Part shown: piece after piece, positions 10,591-19,200 of the stretch
How positions within the stretch are numbered: the first letter of the stretch is position 1
Layout: each line of letters opens with the position of its first letter
DNA from: Sumerlaeia bacterium
GTDB taxonomy: Bacteria; Sumerlaeota; Sumerlaeia; SLMS01; JAHLLQ01
Direction of reading: 5' to 3'
NCBI GenBank assembly: GCA_040219255.1
Contig: JAVJSW010000004.1
Span: forward strand, 127,266-191,265
Length of the DNA: 64,000 nucleotides
Notes under the pieces: generated by a model
Database searches by the model: none
Seen by the model: only the letters and a program-made list of their open reading frames with translations
What the model was told of the DNA's origin: nothing
Made by a program: the position numbers and the translations under genes

Positions 10591-11484
10591 TCATGCGCCT
10601 CCGTAGTGGACGTGGCGCCGCGAAGCGCGGTGGCCGGCCCAGGTCAGAAGCGCGATCAGCAGGAAGAGAATCCAGGCCATGGCGCTGGCGTAGCCCATGC
10701 GCAGATAGGTGAAGGCCTGATTGAAAAGATACATCGCGTAGAACAGGGTCGAGCGGGCCGGTTCGCCATCGGCGCCCATCATGACGTAGGGCAGGGCGAA
10801 AATCTGCAGCACGGTGATGATGCCGATAATCATGTTGAAGTAAATCACCGGGGAAATCATTGGCAGGCTGATGTTGAGAATCTGCTGCCACCACGAAGCC
10901 CCGTCGACGCGGGCGGCGTCGTAGAGGGTTCTGGGGACTTCCGACAGAGAAGCCAGATAGATGATCACGGCGTTGCCTGTGCCCCAGAGGGTGGTCAGCA
11001 CCAGGCCGGGCTTGGTCCAGGACGGATCGCCGAGCCAATCGGGGGATGCCAAGCCGAGGGGCTGAAGGATGCCGTTGATCAGGCCGTACTCTGGATTCAG
11101 CAGATACTGCCACAGCATGCCCATCGCGACCAGCGGAACGAGGCTCGGCAGGAAGACGATGGTGCGCATGATGCCTTTGCCCCACATCGGGGAATTCAGC
11201 AGCAGAGCCAGCGCGATGGAAACCACCGTGCCGATCGGCAAAGCCAGGCCGGCGAAGAGGATCGTGTTCCAAAGGGACTTCCAGAAGAGCGCGTCGCGCG
11301 TCAGATCCGTGTAGTTTCCCACACCGATAAAGACGGGTTCGGTGAGCACCGAGTAGTCGCAGAGGCTGAAGTACAAGGAAAGGATCGCGGGCAAGGCCAC
11401 GAACACCGTGAAGCCAATGATCCACGGGCTGAGGAAAAGCGCCGCGCTGGCCAGTTGGTGGCGGTCGGTTCGAGTCATTTTCAT
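10591..11484 (-). CDS. Carbohydrate ABC transporter permease (MalF-like)
   Basis: FLSPWIIGF; LYDAARVDGASWW loop; MGYASAMAW. Confidence 0.92.
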   Translation of the reverse strand: MKMTRTDRHQLASAALFLSPWIIGFTVFVALPAILSLYFSLCDYSVLTEPVFIGVGNYTDLTRDALFWKSLWNTILFAGLALPIGTVVSIALALLLNSPMWGKGIMRTIVFLPSLVPLVAMGMLWQYLLNPEYGLINGILQPLGLASPDWLGDPSWTKPGLVLTTLWGTGNAVIIYLASLSEVPRTLYDAARVDGASWWQQILNISLPMISPVIYFNMIIGIITVLQIFALPYVMMGADGEPARSTLFYAMYLFNQAFTYLRMGYASAMAWILFLLIALLTWAGHRASRRHVHYGGA

Positions 11485-12854
11485 GGGCGTGCGCTCCAGG
11501 CGGCGAGGCGGTCTTCACGAACTCGTTCCCAAGCCCGGTTGGCTTGATCGAGTCGCGGCTGGAGCCGTTCCTTGACCTGCCGCATCAGAGTTTCCGGATC
11601 GGAGCCGCCGGGGTTTGTCCAGAGCTGTTGGTAGGCCGCACCCAGTTCGTCCCGATACTCGGTCCAGATGGCGATCTGCGGCGCGCCAAAGGCGTTCTTC
11701 GACTCCGCCAGTTCGCGAAACAGCTCGATTTCTTTGTTCGGGTGCGAGGCGTAGAAATCCTCGCTCACTTCACGCAGGGGCGAAAACTTGAACTGATCCA
11801 GGCAAAGCCGCTCCATATTGCGCTGTTGCTGCACAAACTGGATAAAGTCCCATGCCTCGCGCGGGTGTTCGGCGCCGCGCGGAATGACCAGCAGGTCGGT
11901 CTCCACGATGGTCACCGGTTCGCCGCCGGTTTCAAATCCGGCGGGAAAGGGTGCGGCGGCCCATTTCACATCGGGGCCAAAGGTCTCGATGAAACTGGCC
12001 ATCCAGACACCCTGGAGTTTCATCGCCATGCGGTTGCTCATGAACGAATTGGAGGACGACGCGAACTGGCCCCGGTGCGCCGATTCGAAGAGGCGCATCT
12101 TCTCGTAGTCGTAGTCCTTGGTGAAGGAGGCGAACCATTCGAGCGCGGCGATGGACTCGGGTGAGTCACAGGTCAATTCCTGGCCGTCGGCGCTGATCAG
12201 CGGATCGCCGAACCACATGCCCCACATCGGGGTCCACCAGCCCGGGTCGGTGGGCAGAAAGCCCATCTGATCGTACTTGCCGTCGTCTCCGGAGCGGGTC
12301 AGGGCCTGGGAAGCGGCGTCGAAGCGATCGAGTGTCGCCAGATCCGCGGCCGGATCGAGACCCGCCTCCTCCAGCATGTCCACGTTGTAGTGGAGAGCGA
12401 TGCTTGCGGGCGTTGTCGGCAGGCCCCAGGTATGGTCGCGGTAGTGACACAGGGCGTAGATCGAAGGCACATAATCTTCGCCATCAACCCCCGCATCTTC
12501 CATGTAGTAATCGAGCGGCTGCAACGCCCCCATATCCACGAAGCTGGGTAGCGCGTAACTCCAGAAACCGGAGACATCGGGCGGGTTGCCGCCGCTGGTC
12601 GCCAGGAGCAGTTTGCGCTCGAGCGAGCTTTGGCTGACGAAGTTCACCCAGACCTTGTCCTGCGACGCGTTGTAGTCGTCAATGCGCTGCATCGCTTCCT
12701 TTTCGAAGTTGGTCCACTTCTCCCAGTAATCGATCACGATGCGGCCGTCTTCGCGGATGTCGCTCGAGCCCGAGGAGCATCCGGTCACAGCGACAGCCAA
12801 ACCGGCCGCCGCGGCGAAGACTAGGCCTTTGGATATCTGACGCGTCGCGCTCAT
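11481..12854 (-). CDS. Sugar ABC transporter substrate-binding lipoprotein
   Basis: Lipobox-like VAVTG|C; GGNPPDV, WGLP...LHYN-D-LEEAG and GAEHPREAWDFI are SBP family 1 motifs; overlaps both neighbours. Confidence 0.9.
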   Translation of the reverse strand: MSATRQISKGLVFAAAAGLAVAVTGCSSGSSDIREDGRIVIDYWEKWTNFEKEAMQRIDDYNASQDKVWVNFVSQSSLERKLLLATSGGNPPDVSGFWSYALPSFVDMGALQPLDYYMEDAGVDGEDYVPSIYALCHYRDHTWGLPTTPASIALHYNVDMLEEAGLDPAADLATLDRFDAASQALTRSGDDGKYDQMGFLPTDPGWWTPMWGMWFGDPLISADGQELTCDSPESIAALEWFASFTKDYDYEKMRLFESAHRGQFASSSNSFMSNRMAMKLQGVWMASFIETFGPDVKWAAAPFPAGFETGGEPVTIVETDLLVIPRGAEHPREAWDFIQFVQQQRNMERLCLDQFKFSPLREVSEDFYASHPNKEIELFRELAESKNAFGAPQIAIWTEYRDELGAAYQQLWTNPGGSDPETLMRQVKERLQPRLDQANRAWERVREDRLAAWSARP

Positions 12855-14772
12855 CGTTCCAGCCTCACGTCGTGAATGGCTATCGTGCCTTCACCCTGAC
12901 CCGGCGTAATCATCACGATGGGACCGCGCATGGCCTTGAGATCGACGACGCGCTTGCCGTCCTGATTCCCCCAGTTCGTTCGGGGTTGCAGGTTCGCCAA
13001 AGGCAGACGGTAGATCGTCGCCTCACCGGTTCCCAGTTGGGTTTCCCACAGGAACGACTCGCCGTCGTCTCCGGCGCGGCCGTAGCTCTGCGAACCCGGG
13101 GCGGCGGCGCCCGCTTCCTCGAAGATCACGTTGAATTTCAGGCCCTCGGGCGCGGTGGCTTCGACAACGAGCGTGTCGTAGCCATCGAGGTCGGCGACCA
13201 TCCCCGCCCCATCGGGCGAGGGCGTCGCCACCGGGCTGGGCGCCACAAAGGTCATCCCCGCGCCCCAGTCGTGGCCGCTATCGTAGGTCAGTTGGAGACC
13301 GCCACTGACGGCCGGGCCGATCAGCAGCGACGCATCGGACGCGGCGAAGGCCTCGAAGGGAAGGGAGGGGCTGCTGAGGAACGAAAGCCGGGGCGGGCGA
13401 TCCGGGTACTGGCCGGGATTCACCACGACCTGCGAGGGTTCGGGCAGTGCATCCGGTGCCCGCAGTTCGCTGACCCGATGTTCGGCGATGGCCGCCGCGT
13501 TGCCGCGAATCATGCCGCGGATCAGCTCCGTGTAGGGCCGGTGCTCGATATCGACGATGCCGTAGTTGCTGTTCTCGCCATCGAAGCGTCCCTGCGGCGA
13601 CTGGTCGGAGAATTCGAACCAGTGCATGCCGACCATCATCGGCCATGCCATGTTGTTCGGCAGGAAGTCATCATAGCGGGCGCCGCGCTCGGCCTGGGTT
13701 TGCACCACCGAGCCCGCGCCGCTTTGTTCGGATTGCCGCTCGTGTTCTGCTCGGCGCGCCAGGAAAACTCCGTGATCATCAGGGGCTTGCGGCCGCCTTC
13801 GATCCAATAGCGCGCGATCAGGCGCCAGTCCTCGCGCGAGCTGCCCCGGTAGTTGTTGAAGGACACTACATCGCAATAGCGCCCACAGATTTCCACGACC
13901 GGTTTTGGAGCCGTGCCGGCAAAGCGCGTCCCCAGAAGAAGCGTGCCGGGGCGCTCGCGGTCCATCACGCGCCGGGCAGTGGAATAGAAAAGTTCAGCCA
14001 CCATTTCCGTGAACGCGGCGCGGTCGGCCAGAGCGCCCTCCGACGTCGTCGATTTCGCCAGCGCGTCCGTCAGGTCGTCCCAGTCAACCATCTCGATTTT
14101 CCAAGCCTCCGCGAAGGCCTTGGCGTCGCCGTCGTAGCGCGCCTTCAGCCACTTCATCGCTTCGCCCCGGTGAAGGCTGTCCGCGGGCAGGGCCAGGTAC
14201 TCCTCGAGGACCGTGTGGTAATCCAGAGGCGTCCAGGGCGATACGCCGTACCATGCCATTTCGTTGTCGAGGAAAACGCCAAGGACTTGCTCGGGATGGA
14301 CCAGATCGGCGAATACCTTGCGGACGTTGCGGGTCATGCGCTCTTCGAGTTGCGGGTCCAGGATCGTCGTGACGCGGTTCGGCTCGGCGCTGATAACGTA
14401 GAGGATGGGTGTTTCGTAGAGACTGCCGTCGTTGAGCTTCGGGTCGCTCCAGGCACCGATCGTGTTGAAGCCGGCATGTTTCAGGATACGGCGCGCGTCC
14501 GCGGCCCAGGCCTCGAAGTCTCCGTCGAACTGGCGCTCGACCGCGTTGTAGTAGGTGGTGTCCGGGGGCGCCATGAAGTCGTGGACGGGGACGATGTGGT
14601 TGACGCCGAGAGAGACGAACGGCTCGCCGGGGTTCTCCGCGTCCACAAACCAGAATTTGCCGTCGGGAGTTTGCTCGAGCGCGAATCGCCCGCTGGCGAA
14701 GGAGGCGCCGGTCAGGGCTAAGCTCCAGGCGGCGGCTAGGCACAGAAGGGAAAGACTTCGATTCTGAATCAT
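12851..14772 (-). pseudogene. Secreted GH50-like (agarase/beta-1,3-glucanase-like, clan GH-A) hydrolase split by a 1-nt frameshift near 13720-13725; pseudogene or sequencing error
   Basis: ORF 13636-14790 supplies a signal peptide, GFNTIGAWSD, FLDNEMAW and KPLMITEF. ORF 12851-13876 continues in another frame with QTQAERG...VGMHWFEFSDQ...RFDGENSNYGIVD and a C-terminal beta-sandwich. The junction reads AAC AAA GC GGC GCG. Confidence 0.75.
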
Positions 14773-14907
14773 GGTCCTGTCGGGTTCCAAGTCAAAGATG
14801 GGGCCCCGTGACGGAGCAGATAGTGAAGCCGATGGCAGGCGGACGCCCTCGGCGCAGGCGGTGAGAGAAGAGGCCGAGGCCCTGCATAGGATCGAGTCGA
14901 GTTGGGC

Positions 14908-15606
14908 TTAGCGGGAAACCAGGGCGTCGCCACCGCCATAGGAACTGCGAATGATGTCACCGACGGAGATCGTGCCGTTCGTGGCGTCGTACACCGGCCA
15001 CTCGCCCATCGGAGCACCAAAGCCACCGGTGGGAAGGCCATCTTCGGTGTTACGGCGGTTGATGTTCTGCCACTTATCGGGGCCGGGCGAATAGAGGAGC
15101 CAGACGTCGGGGTTCGAGCCGGCGGGAGCGGCGTTGGGCGAGCCGACGCCGGGAGCGACCATTTCGAGAAGAGTCTTCTCTGTCGGGCTGAGGGGGGATT
15201 CGATGGCGCGGCGGTAATCGTACAGGTTGCGCGGATCGGTGGGGGCTCCGGCCCATTCCTTGTCACCCTGGAACGCATCGACGGGGAAGGATGTGAGGTA
15301 AGAGATCGGCGTCGTCAATTGCACGTAGATGGTTCGCGAGAACGTGGCCGGGCTGTAGGCGGGGGCGTGGGGCGCATCGACGGCGGCGAGCGGGAATTTA
15401 TTGGTGTCGACGCGATAGGATTCGATGCCGGTGGCAACGGTGCGCATGTCCGCCAGAGCGCGGCTGACTTTGCTGCGGGTCTGCGCTTCCAGAAAGTTGG
15501 GCACCGCGATGGCCGCGAGAATGGCGATGATCGCGACGACGATCAGCAGTTCGATGAGTGTGAAACCCGGGGTGCGATTTCGGCGGAGGTGAGCGAAAAT
15601 GGTCAT
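14908..15606 (-). CDS. Prepilin-type cleavage/methylation protein, paralog 2, first gene of the GH50/ABC operon
   Basis: PG|FTLIELLIVVAIIAILAAIAVPNF; LTTPISY, YSPGPD and YDATNGTISVGD. Confidence 0.9.
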   Translation of the reverse strand: MTIFAHLRRNRTPGFTLIELLIVVAIIAILAAIAVPNFLEAQTRSKVSRALADMRTVATGIESYRVDTNKFPLAAVDAPHAPAYSPATFSRTIYVQLTTPISYLTSFPVDAFQGDKEWAGAPTDPRNLYDYRRAIESPLSPTEKTLLEMVAPGVGSPNAAPAGSNPDVWLLYSPGPDKWQNINRRNTEDGLPTGGFGAPMGEWPVYDATNGTISVGDIIRSSYGGGDALVSR

Positions 15607-15798
15607 GACGGCGACTCTCTTTCTGTGATTGGGGAATCGGAGTGCGGTTCGAAGGCCGATGAGCAAGGCGGCAATGGAACGATTTCCCGGGGATTTGGAG
15701 ACAGGTTCGCCAGACGCGGAAAACCCGGGGAGAGAAACAGAGCAGAAAACACCACGCGCCGCGGGTTTGCAAATCAAAAGGACCGCTCCGATCCGATG

Positions 15799-15822
15799 AA
15801 CAACGTTCACGATAACGTTCCG
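15799..15822. promoter_or_regulatory. LacI operator candidate, triple overlapping (AACAACGTTCACGATAACGTTCCG)
   Basis: About 200 bp upstream of pilin paralog 2; core GTTCACGATAAC. Confidence 0.65.
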
Positions 15823-16013
15823 GCTTGTCAAACGCAAAATCCCCGCGGGGGAACTTTTTCCCACCCCGGCGCCGGACGAGACTCCACCCCGCCTCCGCGT
15901 TGCCACTCAACCTGCGACTGGAACCAGAAACCGTTCTGCCGCGCCACGCCTTGGGACTCAGAGCCTGTGGCCCTCGCGAAGTCCAGGGCGTACCATTAGC
16001 GAGCGATGCGCTC

Positions 16014-16025
16014 GTTATCGCTAAC
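16014..16025. promoter_or_regulatory. LacI operator candidate GTTATCGCTAAC
   Basis: One mismatch to the perfect palindrome; lies between the divergent pilin operon and the toxin-like operon. Confidence 0.6.
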
Positions 16026-16220
16026 TTTCCTATCCCCGTCAACTCCCCCACTGCTCGCTATGGACCGCTGCTTTGCCTGCCTCATCCCTCGCCTTCATCG
16101 CTTGGCTCCAGGGCGGAGTGTCGAACGTGGGCGTCGAACGTGGGCGTGGGTAACGGAACCGAGGGCGGCTGGCGCGGCGCTGGACGATGGCGGCTGGGAA
16201 AGTTTTTCCGGCATTTCCGC

Positions 16221-16236
16221 TTGCACATTCGTGCAA
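16221..16236. promoter_or_regulatory. Inverted repeat TTGCAC-N4-GTGCAA, candidate regulator site for the toxin-like operon
   Basis: Perfect 6-bp arms, 40 bp before ATG 16277. Confidence 0.4.
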
Positions 16237-16276
16237 ACCGGAGTGTTTGGGTCTTTCTTTCAAATGGAACCAAGCT

Positions 16277-19200
16277 ATGAAGCCCACGCGTTTGTTTCTG
16301 TGCACGGCCCTTATGGCCATTCTTGCGTCCACACTGGTCCGTGCGGAAGTCACTCAGAAGGTAGAACTTAGGCCGGGATGGAACCTCTATTCGGCTTGGT
16401 TCGACTCTCCCGCTTTCGTCGACCCAGAGATTTATTTTTCTCCTTTGCTAGAGGGGACGGAGGGCACTAAGCCGCTCAAGCTGGCTTATCGCTGGCGCAA
16501 CACAACGCCAGACGGTGACCCGTTGGCCGCGGCGGATGGCGAGTGGTCGCTCTACGTTTTCGACATTCCGTCCTCGCTGCCCGACTTTCCGACGACCGCT
16601 GGGGCGTATCTGCTGGCGGATCCAGAATTCACGCAACTTGAGAAATATCAGGCCTATTGGCTTTACCTCGAACTGCCTGTCGACGAAGAGTCGGTCGATT
16701 TCGTGACGACCGGGACACTCGGCCCGGGGGCGGTGCATTTCGATCGGGGGTGGAATCTGCTGGGGTTGCCGCTGGGGGATTCCTTGGCGGTTTCGGGGAC
16801 GCGGACTCAGATCGATTTCGAGTCGGTGCTGCGCGGGGCGCGCGACCGAATCGCCGAAGTGTACTACGTGGATTCCAATAACGGAACAGGATTTTATCCC
16901 GCCGAACCGATCGAAGGCGCCATCCCGGCGATCAGCACTTTTTTCTCCGGCAGTTTCGTTTCCGGTTCGGGCAATTGGTTTTACGCGACGGAAGATTTCG
17001 ATCTCACACCGAAACTGAGAACTGTCTTTCCGCCCGATTCGGATTTTCCTCCCGAGAACCTCAATGGTGCGCCGGTGGCTGACGACGTGGATCGCAATCG
17101 CTACCACAATGTCACGGGCATCATCGAGGACGGCGAGGATGTGCGCGACATCGTCTTCCGCTTTCAAGCGCTGGAAGCACTCGTCGAGGAAGTGCTGCCG
17201 GTGACGATCTCAAACCGGGGCACCCGTTCCGAGTTGGAGAACGCCGATCCCGAAGACGACGGCCAAGGTGTCCTGGCGTACCAGGTCACGTGGCATCCGC
17301 TGCGGCCGGGATATACGACACCTCACGATCCGCTGACCACGCCGGCCGCAAGCGCCTACATCCCAGTGGACGACTTCAGCGAATTCCCGGAGGATTCACC
17401 GTTCCGCACCTGGCTGCGGGCTTTGCTGCCGACCGAGACGCGGGTGCTGCTGCCCGATGGGCGGGTCGACCCGGTGGTGGTTTCGCGGGCGCAGCCACTG
17501 AGCGAGAACCCGGTGACGGGCTTTTCCTCGACGGATATCAACGGCCTGACTCTCGTTGCGGATCGAGCCGGGCTGCCGGTGAATACCTCGACGGCGGATG
17601 TGGATTCGCAGGGGGCGCCCAAGCCGATCAACAATCTGCTCGCGCATGGCGAGTTGCACATTCACAGCAACGCGGCGCCGGTGAGGCGCGTTCGCGTGCG
17701 GGCGGAAGTCCCGCCCCTGGCCGGCACCTTCGAGGGCAAAGCCTACATCACGCGCATCAATGGCATTCCGGCCGATCCGGCCTTCTCGATGGACATGTCG
17801 CTTTCGCTCTTCGAGGACGCGGAGCAGCGGCTGCGCGGCGTCATCGATTCGGAGCGCGTTCTGCTCTATCCAAAGGATGTGCCGATCACCGGGACGAAGC
17901 TGACATCCGATGGAAACCGTTATGTCCTGACGGGGTCGTTCTTTCTCAACCCGGGCGACGTGAACCGCCACCCTTACGACCGCTACAATCCATCGCTGTC
18001 TGACGATGGCACGGGCGATGTGGACTGGGATTTGGATGGGAAGTACGACCGCCTGAATCCGCTGCCATACCTGATCGAGCGCTCCATGATTTTCTATGGC
18101 TACCGCGAGAGCGACCGGCTTCTGTCCGGCGAGTTCTCCGAAACGCTCGCCGGACTGACCGCCGAACCGATGAACCTGGAGGGCGTCTTCGAGGTCTTGC
18201 GTGTCAGTTACGAGGCGCGCAAGCGGGGCGAGTTGTCCTGGACCAACCCCCGCATTATCGCCATGGACGCCACAGGCCTTAGCCCTTTCGAGGAAATTCG
18301 CTCGACCGTGAAGGTGGACCGGCCTGTGCGCATCGACGATCTGACGGTGGAACTCGCCATCGACCATCCGCGGGTTGGCGATCTGGAAGTTTCCCTTCAG
18401 GCACCGGACCTGAATGAGTACGTGATCTTCGCCGTGGACGATTTCACCTCGGGCGGCGTCAACTTCGATGGCCGCACGGCAAACCTTTACGAAGCCTTCA
18501 GCTCGGCGCCCACCGCGCCGCCCGGCTCTCTCCAGTACCGCAAGAACCGCACGCGGCGGGCTCCGGACCTGGGCAAGTTGAAGGGCGTCGTCGCGGGAAG
18601 CGCGACGCTCTACGGACGGGCCTCGATCAACGGCGAGGAAACCCCCAACGTCCCGGCGGCGCTGGACTCGTCCCAGACGGCTTGCTTCAGCCTGTTTTCC
18701 GAGTCCGGGGGCTTTCTCTGCGATCCCGCCGACCCCGGCTCCGAGCCCCCGGCGGCTCTTGCCATCGCCAACAATTCCCGCACCGTCCGCGTCAGTTCCT
18801 GGTACTTCCGCTCGGGCGCCTCCGAGGACGAAGTGACGGACTTGGTTTGCTCGACAGACGGCTTCGCGGCTCGCTACCTTTCGACCGGCGATCCACTGGA
18901 AGCGGGGTCCGTGATCGGTGTGGTGCTCAGGGCCGATCCCAATCCCATCGATCCAAACCCCAACGATGGCGACACCGCGACGACCACCAGTTGGCTCCTC
19001 GACATCGACACGTATCAGGCCGGACTGTCTTATCCACCGCAGCTCCTGGAATTCATCGAAGCCCGGACGCTGCCGACCTGCCAGGACAACCTCGCCTTTC
19101 CCAATTTCTCCGCCGCACCCCAGGTCGAGGAACGAGCGGGCAGCTTGATCCTGAGCGCCCGCGACCGCAGCGGAGCCACCTTCCGCGGAGGCGCCCTCTG

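Noticed and set aside
12655-12700. SBP segment EAMQRIDDYNASQ looks one residue short of the usual helix
   Set aside because: In frame and cannot be judged without an alignment.
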